NCBI GenBank assembly: GCA_032718475.1
Contig: JAUCBJ010001431.1
Span: forward strand, 71,350 to 135,349
Source: Nemertoderma westbladi
Lineage: Eukaryota; Animalia; Xenacoelomorpha
Direction of reading: 5' to 3'
DNA length: 64,000 bases
The translations under genes were made by a program, and so were the position numbers. Below the pieces are notes generated by a model. It saw only the letters and a program-made list of their open reading frames with translations, made no database searches and was not told the origin of the DNA. This document shows, piece after piece, positions 11,907 to 25,576 of the stretch (within the stretch, counting starts at the first letter, position 1; each line of letters begins with the position of its first letter).

Positions 11907-13316
11907 ATGCTTGGAAGTATGGATATGAATCCATTCGATACGTTGCCAGACGAAATGTTATTGCATATCCTCAACTACCTCCTCGAGTTTGATCTGTATC
12001 GCTTCTCTCTTGTGTGTCACCGTTTCTTCAATGTTGCTAATGATCGAACGTTATGGAAGCGACTCTATCGATATCTCTACGAGTATGATGCACCCCTCGT
12101 AATGCCAGAATGGGGATCATTTGACTTCCTTCACGCACCGTTTCCTGATAACCAGTGGAAAACGAGTCTCTTCCTGCTTTACGGATCTGTCCATGTGTCT
12201 TCCCGACTACATTCTGAGGTTGGACGGAGTCGACATGTAACAGCTGTGGAAACCATTGAGAGTGCAGTTACACTTGCCAACCCAGACTTCCCCCTCGTGT
12301 TGGTTCACCCAGGGACCTACCAGTGTAATATACGTCTCGAATCACCAGTCTGGATACTTGGTGCGGCATCTGGCACGACAGATGCTGTAGGATCAGTTTC
12401 ATCCCATCAGAGTACCCCATCCTTGAGCAACACATCTTTGCCAATGGTGGTTGGCGCGCCCTCATACCCCATCACTGCTCCTCTCAGAGCCGGCACAGAG
12501 CGGATCACAGATCGGGTGACTCTACATCCATTGGACCATGAGAATGCGGCTGTTAGCTTCATGGAGGGATCAGGTCGCTCTTACTTAGGTTATGCCGGAA
12601 TATGCGCCACCCTCATCCCTCCATCGCCGCTGCGACCACAGATAGGTGATATCAAATGCATTTATATATCCAACGCATCGCCGCGGATAGAATGTTGCAT
12701 TACGCAAAAGTCAGAATTGGTTGGAATATTTGTGAGTGGCCCACGGGCCAACCCCAAGGTTATGCGCTGCTGCATCAGCGAAAGCACAGACTATGGTATA
12801 CTTCTGGATGACGCTGCGACAGGGACTTTCTTGGACGTTGAAATAATTGGTACGGGGGTTGGGTTTGGGGTGCTACATGGAGCCAACCCAGTGATTCATA
12901 GGGCCCACATCAGTGATTTGATTGTGGGCATCTTGTGCAGCGATGATGCGTTGGGATTGTTTCGGGACTGCAACATCCACAACTGTAGGGATTTCGGGAT
13001 CAAGGTGAACAATTGGGCAAATCCTACCGTAATTAACTGTGATGTGCATGCCGAAGATGATGATGATAATGATACCATTGGCGTGTGCATATTCAAAAAG
13101 GGGAAAGGTAAGTTCATTGCCAACAAAATTTACAACTGTTTTCAAGGAATCTGTGTCACGCAGTTAGGTAACCCAATCGTCAAGTACAATGAGATATACA
13201 ATCAGCTTCACGGTGGCCTTGTTGTATGTTTAAGAGGACTTGGTCTGTATGAAGACAACTATATTCACAACAATAAAAAGGAATGTCAGCGGAATTTGGC
13301 GGCTCATGGTCACTGA
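11907..13316 (+). CDS. Intronless F-box protein with parallel beta-helix (PbH1/CASH) repeats, FBXO11/FBXO10-like
   Basis: F-box FDTLPDEMLLHILNYLLEFDLYRFSLVCHRF..ANDRTLWKRLY, LVHPGTY, and repeated ANP.V..C.I / G.G.F..N.I.N beta-helix units. No C-terminal UBR zinc finger. Confidence 0.85.
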   Translation: MLGSMDMNPFDTLPDEMLLHILNYLLEFDLYRFSLVCHRFFNVANDRTLWKRLYRYLYEYDAPLVMPEWGSFDFLHAPFPDNQWKTSLFLLYGSVHVSSRLHSEVGRSRHVTAVETIESAVTLANPDFPLVLVHPGTYQCNIRLESPVWILGAASGTTDAVGSVSSHQSTPSLSNTSLPMVVGAPSYPITAPLRAGTERITDRVTLHPLDHENAAVSFMEGSGRSYLGYAGICATLIPPSPLRPQIGDIKCIYISNASPRIECCITQKSELVGIFVSGPRANPKVMRCCISESTDYGILLDDAATGTFLDVEIIGTGVGFGVLHGANPVIHRAHISDLIVGILCSDDALGLFRDCNIHNCRDFGIKVNNWANPTVINCDVHAEDDDDNDTIGVCIFKKGKGKFIANKIYNCFQGICVTQLGNPIVKYNEIYNQLHGGLVVCLRGLGLYEDNYIHNNKKECQRNLAAHGH

Positions 13317-13647
13317 TTTGTGTATAATTGTAGTGCAAGGTTGTTAATTAATTATGTTTACTGCATTAATTTCGGATATATGGTGTAAAGAAGGAATTGA
13401 GTATGGCATACATTTAGTATCAATATTCAATAATTTAATACGAGTGATATTATTGATTATCAATGATTTCGGGCATTTCGATTGGCGATTGACATAGATA
13501 TTATTAGTCGATTCTAATAATGTTCTTCAACTTAATTATTTCGCTTGATATTATTGGTTGATATAAAACATGCCCCCCTTGCTAGAGATTTTAGAAATGT
13601 GTTTTGTTTTTTATAGCATATCTTGTGCAAAATTTAATGGGGATCTC

Positions 13648-13758
13648 AGTAGTAGGCGTTTGGTCCTCTTTGTGACAGTTAGACCTCACTCATGACTCAT
13701 CGCTTAGGAATGTGAAACCTAGGATGTGATTGGGTGTCATTGAAGCCAGACTGTCTGG
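13648..13758 (+). mobile_element. Truncated Polinton-like terminus (duplicate of the 17853 copy)
   Basis: Starts AGTAGTAGGCGTTTGGTCCTCTTTGTGACAGTTAGAC. Confidence 0.5.
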
Positions 13759-13989
13759 TTACGATAGTATTATAGATACGATACAATAGATACAATAGAC
13801 AGATACAATACAACGGTACAATAGATACGATTGCGATAGTTAAAAACAAAAATGAGACTGATTTACACCAATGGGGCACCTTCTTCTTAGAATGAATTTA
13901 CCATTATTTATATTATCGCAAATATGTGCCATATAATGTATTTTTGTAATGCTCTTCCTTGAAGGAAAAACTAAAAGTGAGATTAGAAA

Positions 13990-14567
13990 TGTTAGCGGAT
14001 CCAATTCGCTGCACCACCCAGCGGAAACTTGGAAAAGTGGCGACTTACCAATTATGTTCGGCTATGTGATATTAGCAATATAATATCACGTACCGACACA
14101 CCGGGGCAATACACACTGCCAGCCACAGGGAGAGGTGCCAGCTCACCTCAGGGCAGAAGCTAGCATATTGGCCCAGGAAAGATAGTTCAGCCAATGGCGG
14201 AGCGAATTACCATCAATTAAGCGCACATTCATTGGCTAGGCCAAAGTAGCTAGGAATTTATTGTGTGTAATTATAATATAACCGTTACCTATATTAATTG
14301 TGCCTTCAGTTGGCTATGTAGAAGTGTAGAAGTCACACGGTTTTTAACCGTCGTCGTTAACCGTGCTATTATTGTAATCTGATTGTGCTATATTAATAAT
14401 CTGACATTACGAACAACTGCAACTATAAAACTTAGTTATTCATTCGGCCTCCGGCCTTTCAGAACTGCCACAGCCTTTCAGTAGCCAATCGGACGCGGAG
14501 ACGCGTATTTCCCAAGACTTGAACACACACACCGGTCGGGATCTTCGCCAACTCAGATCCCGTCCCA
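13990..14567 (+). mobile_element. Solo LTR (578 bp) related to the BEL/Pao LTRs at 45166 and 52590
   Basis: TG...CA ends and 5-bp TSD AGAAA (13985-13989, 14568-14572). Starts TGTTAGCG and ends GATCCCGTCCCA, versus TGTTAGCG/GATCCCGTCACA. Confidence 0.8.
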
Positions 14568-14725
14568 AGAAATAGTAAATGTGTAGTAGGAAATTTAGTA
14601 TAGTAATATTTTAAAATTTCACCAAACTGCTTTTTGTTATTACTTGCTTGATTTTTTGAGTTTTGTGTTTTGATCTTCTGTTTACATGAACGGATATGCT
14701 ATTATGCATAAATAGTTTATTGTTA

Positions 14726-14915
14726 GGCCGCGTTCACACTACCGAGTCAAAGTCAAAGTCAAAAGACAAAATGTAAAAAAAATAACAAGAAATTTATTTT
14801 TTTCTAGAACGCCATTATGTATTATATTAGGCCTATATAATGTATTATTATTTATTATTGCTAGCTAATTATATTTATTTTATTTTGACTTTGACTCGGT
14901 AGTGTGAACGTGGCC
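14726..14915. mobile_element. PIF/Harbinger-type MITE
   Basis: TIR GGCC(G/A)CGTTCACACTACCGAGTCAAAGTCAAA, TSD TTA. Confidence 0.85.
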
Positions 14916-14918
14916 TTA

Positions 14919-15430
14919 GGCCCCCTCACACGGAGCAACTTGTTTCTGCAACTTGTTTCTGAAACTTGTTGCTGGACCCCCTCACACACATAAACTTGTT
15001 GCTGCAACTTGTTTCAGCAACTTGTTTCTGAAACTTGTTTCTGCAACTTGTTGCTGGACCCCCTCACACACAGAAACTTGTTGCTGAAGAAAATAACAAT
15101 TATTTCCAAATAAATAGCTAACATGTCCAGTCATTTGTATATAATATCACATCACTCAAATTATCTAATATTAGCTAGTATCAAAATGGAATGTAATGAA
15201 AGTTTTTCAAAAAGTTGCTGGGAATATAACTCCCAGCAACTTGTTGCTGGACTCCTCACACACAGAAATAAGTTGCGGAAACAAGTTGCAGAAACTTGTT
15301 GCTGGAGTCCTCACACACAGAAACAAGTTTCGGAAACAAGTTGCAGCAACAAGTTTCTGTGTGTGAGGGGGTCCAGCAACAAGTTTCAGAAACAAGTTGC
15401 AGAAACAAGTTGCTCCGTGTGAGGGGGGCC
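14919..15430. mobile_element. PIF/Harbinger-type MITE with long repetitive TIRs
   Basis: TIR GGCCCCCTCACACGGAGCAACTTGTTTCTG, TSD TTA. The right arm plus flank is tandemly duplicated with a 171-bp offset, to about 15637. Confidence 0.85.
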
Positions 15431-16742
15431 TTAGATAGTAAAATAAATAGCTAGTTGAAAATAACTTTGTTGCTGGAGTCCTCACACACAGAAACAAGTT
15501 TCGGAAACAAGTTGCAGCAACAAGTTTCTGTGTGTGAGGGGGTCCAGCAACAAGTTTCAGAAACAAGTTGCAGAAACAAGTTGCTCCGTGTGAGGGGGGC
15601 CTTAGATAGTAAAATAAATAGCTAGTTGAAAATAACTAATTCAATTTATAGCATTTTAGACAATTAAGTTATTCTAAAAGCGTAAAATATTTAGCTACCA
15701 GTATTTTGCGTAGCAATACGGGGATGATCAAGTAATACAAGAAAATAGGAGACAACATTACGTTGTTCCCTTTCTCACGTATGTCCCTCGTTTTAATTTA
15801 TAACTCACTCGCTTTGTTCGACCATGCCAATAGTATCACCCCGGATCAGCGTCAGACAAAGTCCTCGATGCACACAATATAATAAATAGTTTGTATAATG
15901 GGCATATACATTCGTTTTTTATAAAATGCTAACAATGGGAAAGTTAGCACTATGGGCAATAAAGTTCATTACGGTCAGTAGTTTTCATAAGGGACTAACT
16001 GTTAGGATTATAGCTATATAATGAACCTTGAGTTCCCAATGTGGTCGCTAGAGAACACATTGATTCTGTGCACTTTTTTCAAAAGTTGCCGAATTGGCGA
16101 AAGTGGGATCACACCTTTTTGACCTCAAAAAATATACAAATTTGACCTTAAGGATTCATTTTCTGAGTGGTGTTAGCACTTTGAGTTAGCACTATTTTGG
16201 TGTTAGCACTTTGTATAGAAACTTCTCATTTATAGTTAACGTGCTGGGTAATTCGTAAACACACCCGAACACACACCAAAAACTGCCGAACACATTCGAA
16301 CACAGTACAAAATAGAAAGAGCACAAAAAAATAATACCAGGTACCAACTTTTAGATAAATTTAGTCACGCGTTGCTTTTCTATAAGAAAATTTCCACAAT
16401 TATTGAATAAAATTGTCGCGAAATTAAATATTAATTTCTTATCAGGTAGGCCCATGGCCTACTATATTTATACGGCCTAACAAGTCACTTGAAGTGGTCT
16501 CTTAAAAAGAGGCCAGTTTTTTTTTACACTATTTTGATATGGGGAGAGTTCTATAAATTTTAATTTGCTGCAATTTGGTCAACGGTCGTAATTGAAGATT
16601 CCTCGTTAAGCAAGATACTAAATTTTATGGTAGCTAGTGTTTTAGATAGGTTTAGCTAGTAATTTCGACCCTGGTTCCGACATCCTACTTCCTTCTATAA
16701 ATATTTTGTAGTAGCTAGTTCTTATTACTATTTGTATAGAAA

Positions 16743-17963
16743 ATGAGAATGCGGCTGTTAGCTTCATGGAGGGATCAGGTCGCTCTTACTTAGGTTATGC
16801 CGGAATATGCGCCACCCTCATCCCTCCATCGCCGCTGCGACCACAGATAGGTGATATCAAATGCATTTATATATCCAACGCATCGCCGCGGATAGAATGT
16901 TGCATTACGCAAAAGTCAGAATTGGTTGGAATATTTGTGAGTGGCCCACGGGCCAACCCCAAGGTTATGCGCTGCTGCATCAGCGAAAGCACAGACTATG
17001 GTATACTTCTGGATGACGCTGCGACAGGGACTTTCTTGGACGTTGAAATAATTGGTACGGGGGTTGGGTTTGGGGTGCTACATGGAGCCAACCCAGTGAT
17101 TCATAGGGCCCACATCAGTGATTTGACTGTGGGCATCTTGTGCAGCGATGATGCGTTGGGATTGTTTCGGGACTGCAACATCCACAACTGTAGGGATTTC
17201 GGGATCAAGGTGAAAAATTGGGCAAATCCTACCGTAATTAACTGTGATGTGCATGCCGAAGATGATGATGATAATGATACCATTGGCGTGTGGATATTCA
17301 AAAAGGGGAAGGGTAAGTTCATTGCCAACAAAATTTACAACTGTTTTCAAGGAATCTGTGTCACGCAGTTAGGTAACCCAATCGTCAAGTACAATGAGAT
17401 ATACAATCAGCTTCACGGTGGCCTTGTTGTATGTTTAAGAGGACTTGGTCTGTATGAAGACAACTATATTCACAACAATAAAAAGGAATGTCAGCGGAAT
17501 TTGGCGGCTCATGGTCACTGATTTGTGTATAATTGTAGTGCAAGGTTGTTAATTAATTATGTTTACTGCATTAATTTCGGATATATGGTGCTAAGAAGGA
17601 ATTGAGTATGGCATACATTTAGTATCAATATTCAATAATTTAATACGAGTGATATTATTGATTATCAATGATTTCGGGCATTTCGATTGGCGATTAACAT
17701 AGATATTATTAGTCGATTCTAATAATGTTCTTCAACTTAATTATTTCGCTTGATATTATTGGTTGATATAAAACATGCCCCCCTTGCTAGAGATTTTAGA
17801 AATGTGTTTTGTTTTTTATAGCATATCTTGTGCAAAATTTAATGGGGATCTCAGTAGTAGGCGTTTGGTCCTCTTTGTGACAGTTAGACCTCACTCATGA
17901 CTCATCGCTTAGGAATGTGACACCTAGGATGTGATTGGGTTTCATTGAAGCCAGACTGTCTGG
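16743..17963 (+). pseudogene. 3' partial duplicate of the F-box gene plus downstream DNA (copy of 12538-13758); ORF 16766-17521 lacks the F-box
   Basis: Near-identical 1221-bp copy at offset 4205, with substitutions I>T, N>K and C>W. Confidence 0.9.
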
Positions 17964-18200
17964 GTGACACCTCCCAATTAGGCTAATTAGACCCTAATTG
18001 TCGGGTGTCATCAATTAATTAGTACATTTAAACCCTAATAGGTGTCTTACGACTTCTATTTAGGGTTTAATTTATTATCCAAATTAATCAGACCAATTAT
18101 CGACCTAACACCCTACTACTAGGATCGGCATATCGGACTGAATACGACTTCCTAACACCCAATTGGTCATGAGTGATGTCTAACTGTCACAAAGAGGATC
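17853..18200 (+). mobile_element. Terminus of a second Polinton/Maverick-like family with an internal inverted repeat
   Basis: AGTAGT start and nested inverted repeat TCCTCTTTGTGACAGTTAGAC / GTCTAACTGTCACAAAGAGGA. Shares TAATTAGACCCTAATTG with the TIRs at 22565, 30383 and 40375. Confidence 0.55.
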
Positions 18201-18363
18201 AAAATTTTGAGTAAATACAAAAAGAAAATCCCACCACCAAGTATGCCAGGCTATTTAGTCCCCAAACATATTTAGGTGAAGTATCCTCCTAGCATCACAT
18301 TGTTCTTAGCCTAACCTAATCCGCCTCTCAAACTCCGGCTGCATCTTCCAATCGAAGGAACCG

Positions 18364-19745
18364 TCACGACCGTCTCCGACCCCTGAGGCACAGACCTACT
18401 ACCCGCAATAGCGCTATTGACAGCCGAGCCCTGATCCACCCAAGAATGATTCCAGGGGGTTTATCGCTCCACCCTTCCTTGGAAGCTATGTGAGACACCA
18501 GATGGTGAATAAAGTCGCTCCCTTCGCGGCCCCAGACACCATCAGCAGTAACAGCAAGGGGGGTAAACGTTAATCGTAGTTGCTCACTAATTTGGGAATG
18601 GTGCTGCTTCTTCAGCCACTCTTTCTCTGTGAGGATGCTTTCAGTTGTGAGTTTACAGTATGAGGGAGCATCAGCGTTAACAACGCACACATCAAACGAC
18701 GCATCCCTCTGCAGTGCCCACACACCCCGAACCAGCAAATCCGTCCTCACCCCTGCATCACCAAGAAATCGACCATCCCGAAGAACAACCTCCTTCTTTA
18801 CTGAGGTCCCTCCCCAAGCCATCGCACAAAGCTTCCCAACAACATTCCTCATCTCATCATGCCGGCGACATACAAGACCGCCCTTTTTACAGTTTAGGGC
18901 ATGATCAATGGTGAAGTTGGCACCACATCTGTCACAGCGTGATGGCAGCTGCGGAGGGGAATTCCCATAACGGAGACACAATCCATCACGGAATGTTTGT
19001 GCAGAAATATCTGTCTGGTGAAGCAGAGATAGATACACACTCAACCAGCCCACAGATTTCGAGTCTAACTACCGCTTCACTGTTCGCGCTCAGTCAGGTA
19101 TCATCTCATTAAGGATCCTGGTCTGGATCTCTCCAACCCGCACTGCCTCCCTTTCTCTGGACTCCTGTATCGATTTTCTCAGAGTAGACTTGTGGCCTTC
19201 TATTGACAGTTGGGTTCTCCGAGTTAACGCTTCCACCACCATTGCAGTTCCCTCTCTTGATGCCTGGTATGCCCCATCTGCCCGATGAACTGGATCACGT
19301 AGACCTATCCCTCCATGGCGAATTGGCTGAAGGAGCAAGGTACAGTCATCTTGTGGAATCGCTATTCCAAACAATGCTGGTAAAAAAAAGCTCTACCAGA
19401 GCATTTTTCAGTGGGTGGTATTTCTCTGAAGGTCAACTCAACTCGGGATCAAAGGTACAATAAAGGTACATCCAATACCCACATCGTATAGTCCCACTCT
19501 GCTTGTAGTGACTTCAACATTGCAGTGAGTGACTCCTGGGGGTATGTTTTGGCAACCTCGGCCAGCACCCGCATATGATTTGACCATTGACTGATCTCAT
19601 CATCCAGAAACTGCTCCCTGTCCTGTTCTGCTCTAATGAAACCACCTAGAAAGCGCCACCCAGTTACAACATTATCTTCCTTTAACCCCAGTGGGACAAA
19701 TAATTGTTTCGCAATGTCCTGTAAACCATCCCTAACAACCAGTAT
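18364..19745 (-). mobile_element. 5'-truncated degenerate non-LTR retrotransposon with restriction-like endonuclease (CRE-like)
   Basis: RT C-terminal VTGWRFLGGFI and GGIGLRDP; zinc motif CDRCG..HALNCKKGG..RHDEMR; RLE RTDLLVRG..FDVCV; FTPLAVTADG; RARLSIALLR. Stops and frameshifts present. Confidence 0.85.
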
Positions 19746-20886
19746 GCACTTATTACTTATAATTAGTTTTATATACTACTTTCTAAATGATGTCTTTGTT
19801 GACACCACATTGTTATGTTTAGCCCTAGGATATACTGGTAACTAATTACTCTTATCTATATCCAGACAGCTTTATCGTTGACCTTTGACCCCCAATTAGC
19901 TTTAACCAAGCAACAGGTTTTTAATAATAGTTGTATCCAAGCGCCCCGCCCCCTCTCGTGACACCTCTGATTACTAATTACTCTTACCTATATCCAGCCG
20001 TCTGCAGTTCTATAGTCTGCCGCTAGAGGGCGTATTATCTGAAAATTTACATCTTCTCTAACTTTGTTATTTTCATTCCGATTAGTTTTAAACTCGGTAG
20101 GCATCTAACTACGGCATAGGCTATATCTTCTATCTCTATATCTATATATAGGGATTCGTTTTTAAATCAGAATCCCGAAGGAGTGTATTTTTGTATGTTT
20201 GCCTATGGAAAAATCGATTACAATAATGAAATTCGGAAGATGAAAATTGATGCTTCCAATCGTACGAAAACCAATGCAATTGCAAAAATTTGAATAAGGA
20301 ATGAGCATTATAAATTTACAAAAACCTGGCACTGAGTGGTATAGATGTAATCATAGATATTTAGATTTTTTATTATAGAAATTTTAAAATAAGATATTAT
20401 AAAGATATTTTTAAAAATCTGATATTCAAAACATAACTATTAATTATTACGATGATAAGGGTTTTATAAACCAAGCGCCAGCATGGATTTATATATGAGA
20501 TGCGAACTACAACCGTGTCACGTGCTGGATTTTGCTGCCAATGCTAACTGTATGCAGAAATCTTATATTTTGTTCAGATTATCATTCATTTTCAGTGCAT
20601 CTAATATTTGTACTTCACGTGTATTGAATAGCCCATAAGGTTCATATTATTATATCATATATTCATATTATATGGTTCATTTTTGATCGGAGGCTGGTTT
20701 CTATACCACCAACCAATAAGTAATAGAACACAGCCTACAGTATGTTAACCAGTAACGATAACTAAAATACAGCTTATAATAGAGCATAAACAATGAACTC
20801 ATTTCTAAGCAAGGTTGGTGACAGATGGTATTACAATAGTTACCACGTGAGGGGGGACTAAGTGATAATTAATAAGCAGTAGCAAA

Positions 20887-21756
20887 AGCCTGGTTCACAA
20901 TTGAGACATAAAGAGATAAGTGATAACAGATAAGCGACAAGATATAAGAAATAATTGATAAGCTATAAGCCAGGAGTTAAGAGATAAGCGATAAGAGATG
21001 AGCTATAAGCCAGGAGTTAAGAGATAAGTGATAAGAGATAAGCTTTTGGAGATAAGTGCTTAGCGCTAATCTCTTATCGATTTATCGTTCACAATATAGT
21101 AAGTCCACCTACGCAAAATGATTATTTATTATTTACTTTATTTTATTTTATTATTATTATATTTTTATTTTATTTTATTATTCAGCATCTTTCGAGTAAA
21201 TTCAAAATAGTTTTTATTGGTAACAGTTTTTATCATCAGTCTACATACTGTATCTCTACCTCCTGAGAATGATATCATTGAAAACTCAAGGATTTTGAAA
21301 ACTGTCTGACAAAAGGCAGAGAGTGCGTCAGTATGTTATCATAGGTTTGATTTTGATGCGTTTTATAATTATATATATGGCTTTCGCATTCTATTGGTTA
21401 ATCCTTATCGCGTATGGCAAAACTTGCCCAGTCCTTATCACCAGCGATAAGACCCTTATCGCCTATCGCTTATCTCTTATCGCCAGTTGTGAAGCCCTCG
21501 CTCTTATCGCTTATCTCTTATCACCAGTTGTGAACACATCACCATATCGCGTATTTCTTATCACCAGTTAGTTGTGAACACATCACCTTATCGCTTATCT
21601 CTTATCGCCAGTTGTGAACACATCACCATATCTCGTATTTCTTATCACCAGTTAGTTGTGAACACATCACCTTATCGCTTATCTCTCATCGCTGATTGTG
21701 AACGCTTCGGCTTATCACTTTTCTCTTATCGCTATCTTTCAATTGTGAACCGGGCT
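20887..21756. mobile_element. PIF/Harbinger-type non-autonomous element with GATAAG subrepeats
   Basis: TIR AGCC(T/C)GGTTCACAATTGA / TCAATTGTGAACCGGGCT followed by TAA. The right half is recopied at 29168-29578. Confidence 0.75.
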
Positions 21757-22564
21757 TAAGGTGAGTGTAGGTAAATGCCATGGAATGTAATAATGGGCAG
21801 GCAGGATATTCAAATATGGTGAAAGCAATAATAGGGAGGCAGTATGGTAGCGACAAGTACTAACTATCCCACGAAAACATTACTAATTAAAAAGTAAACA
21901 TTAAATCATCAACAAACATTATATTCAAATAATATTATTGAGTTAATCCATTCTGTATGTATGAAGATAGACAATTAGAATGTCAATGATTGTAATAATT
22001 ATATAAACATACATTTAAAGTATAATTGCAAATAAAATTAAAATGTACAAAAGCATCAAAAATATTATATGGTAACAGTAACTAGGTAACAGTAACTACA
22101 ACACGGAGTATTTGATGGTACGAGGCCCAGATATATTGATCCATTCAAAGCACCAAGTTATCCTGGGAGCTTCACTTTCAATTTAGGAAATTAAGAATGC
22201 GAGTGCGATTGAGAAAGTTTTGAGATAGTTTCCAAATTTTTAACATTCATCAGCTTGATAAAAGAAAAAGTCTAATTATTATAACTCGTAATCAGTATTT
22301 AAAAATAACATAATATTACTGCCAAGACAAATAATTAAATTGGTCCATTCGGTATTCAGCTAACATTATTACATATCCCGACCCATTGATTCAACTAATT
22401 ATCATTCGACGGCTCCCCTATCCTCTTTATCCGATCCAATAACCGGACGGACGGATAAATCTATGGAATCCACAGGTTCCGGACTGGTACCCCGGACACA
22501 ATGATCACCAGATGTATTCCTGGTAGGATAACGCTTGGGGGATGCGTAGCTTGCGAACTGGGTA

Positions 22565-25500
22565 AGTAGTAGGGGTTTGCATGGCTTTGCGACAGTTAGA
22601 CCACACTGACACCCATTGGCACCACAGTGTCATTGGTGCCAGAGTGTCTGGGTGACACCTCCTAATTAGGCTAATTAGACCCTAATTGATTGGTGTCATC
22701 AATTAATTAGTACAGTACAATTAAACCCTAATAGATGTCTTATAACACCTTATTAGGGTTTAATTGATTATCCTAATTAATCAAACCAATTGGCACCCTG
22801 ACACCTAATGGCTATCGGTATTGTCTAACTGTCGCAAAGCCGTGCAAAGGGTGTCATAAGTGACACCTCTACCCTTTTAATTATTAGTATTTATTTATTT
22901 GTATTAAATTTTAATTTAATTAATTGTATTACTTTTATTTTATTTAATTGTATTACTTATTTAATTTATAAATTTATTTCTATTTTTAGATTTACCAATA
23001 AATAGTTTTATTTATTGCTTACTGAATGACATCAATGATGGCACCACCCCGGCTGCTGGCTACTGCTTAATCTATTGCGCAAGTTTCAACTCATCCTCGT
23101 ATCTCACCCCACAGTGTATACAGGTCCTATACTGGTTACTATTTTGGAGTTAGTGAAGGGATTAAACTTAAGACAAGAAGTTGCATGCAAGCTGTCGCCT
23201 AGGTTACCAGTTACCATGAATGATCCATTAATGGGGCCGGGATTCTGTTGCTGCGCCAGGATTGGCTCATTTAAGGAGGCTTTTTGGCCCCACATTCCAA
23301 GTTACTATTAATTGAGGGGGGGGGTGGGGGTGGTAGCGAATTTTCTGACCAAAAAGTCTAATTTTTGAAACATATCCTATCTGATGCAGAATTTCATGCT
23401 GAATCCAAATATGGAAACCGTTTTCCCATATTTAGTTTTAGTTTTAGCCTTAGTTTTCGAGATATCTGGGATAGAAGATACTGGCTCTGATATATCTTGA
23501 TATCGGTAAATGCAATGAAGTTGGGGGTTTGCATTCAATTTCTGCAAATTTCTGTGCTCAGTGGTTCCAATTGGATGTCTCCACGAGAAAGAGCACAAAA
23601 TTTTAATTGAAAAGGAATTTTTTTATGATTATTGGACCTACTGATCTGTTTATAACACAACTTTAAGTTTCCGGAATAAATACGGGACTCGAATAAGCGA
23701 CTCTGCGATCTTTGTGGGATTACGCAGAATAGACTTATCAGTCATCAGAGATCTTCAAAATGTATAATCTCCAGTTCTAGTGGTCGTTTGAAGTTCGTTT
23801 TAGGCTCATTCGAAAGCTCTTTTCTCAGAGAATAAAGTTACCTAATTTACCTTAAGTTACCTTAATTTTATGTTACCGAATTAAGTAAAGAATAAAGGCT
23901 TCCACATAGAATCCTTTTGTTATAAATATAGCGTTGACAATAATCAAATTATGGATAATAATGATTTCAATAACTGGTTTTCCCGCACTGTAAATCGTAT
24001 TGATGAACTAATTAGTGCTTTTCTTTGGAACATAGTTTGTATCGAGCAAATATGCATCGAGATTGCATGCTCCCAATGTAACCCCTATTTAAAGGGTCAT
24101 GGGATTAATAATTCTAAAATATTATTAAATAAACATTGTACTGTAAGCATAGATTGCCCACTGAGAGATTGTTTTAAATATGCAGTATAGGCCGTGGTGA
24201 ATTATAAAAAGATTGATAGGAAAAAAATAATATTAGTAGAATATCAACTTATATTCCTTTCCTAGACATGTTTTATTTTAGCACAATAACGTTTCCGGTG
24301 GACAGAGTAACTGGTATTCCTGCTTTTGAAAGCAAACCCTTTATACTGCATCAATCTTTTGTTTTGGAATAACGATGAAACACTCTTTTTAGCGCATACT
24401 GTCCTGACAAAACTGTACTAGATTTACAATTTATTGAAGCCACAACCAAAAACCCCAGTCACTACGTGGCCATTACCAATATCGATAGACTAATAAATAC
24501 AAAAAATACTTCTATGGGTAACAAGTAGCACTGCAAGCGCCGCCTTTTACACTGTCAACGCTCTGGAAGAACATCGCCAGCTTTGCTATACGGGTAAACG
24601 ACAACTGGAATATATGCCTGAAAATCTCTTGGTCAAATTCGATCATTACGATAAGACCCTATCCCCACCTTTCTGTTTATACACCAACATTGAAACTATT
24701 CTTGAACCTACAAACAATATTAAACTTCCCCAGAAACATTTAGCCAGTGCGGCAGCCTTTTACATGGTATCAAATCAGAAATTAATTAACCCCCCCAAAA
24801 CTAATTCCCCAAAATATTCAGATTTTCTGTGCTGATGGAAGTAACCACGTAATGTGTGACTTTCTAACCGCGTGGATTCAATAATGTGTGGTGCGAGTAA
24901 TGGGATAACACCAAAACAGTTTCGAGATCATTATCCTTTCTTTATCTGGAATCTTTCGCCTAGTGGCTATTTGTATGATGAAAAGAGACCTATGCATCGT
25001 GCTGATAACGCGAGGCTTGAAATTTCCTTTGCCCACGCTTTGGTAGTAATGATCAATGTAATAATGTATGTAATTCGGTATTAACCGATCTCGGTCGATA
25101 TTTTATTTTATTTACAATTATTATAATTATTAGATGGCCTACAACATTTCTGCGTATTTGTGCTATTGTCCATCTGTAATAATAATTCATTAAGTTCATT
25201 GATAGAGCAATGTATTTTATTAATAATGCAATGTCGTTGAGTTAGAGGTCTGCCTTAAAAATAATGTGGGTGGGATATGATAGAACAATAAATATTAGTG
25301 AAAGTGGCCGAGTAATTCAAATTCTAGAAAATGTTAAACTCTACCTATAAATCGTCTACCTAATAAACAGAATAAAAAAAATGAGTTTGATATCAAACAC
25401 TCAAGCGGCTCATTTACCAGGATGCATAACTTCGAATCATTATCCAATCGGAAATATTTTCTTTCGTTAGACACTAAGTTCATCGTAGCAGTTACATTCA

Positions 25501-25576
25501 CTATCCTCGGTGGATGAATCGAACCATTTCAATTTGGCTACCTCAGCTGATGTAAGTAGAATTGTGTCCCGAGTAG
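22565..25576 (+). mobile_element. Duplicated left part of the Polinton/Maverick (TIR, PolB and capsid remnants)
   Basis: TGGGTA|AGTAGTAGGGG start; copy of 30383-33448. Confidence 0.8.

Noticed and set aside
15123-15566. Short ORFs in MITE arms (also 2839-3980, 21323-21759, 29168-29581)
   Set aside because: They lie within inverted or tandem repeats and show no protein motifs.
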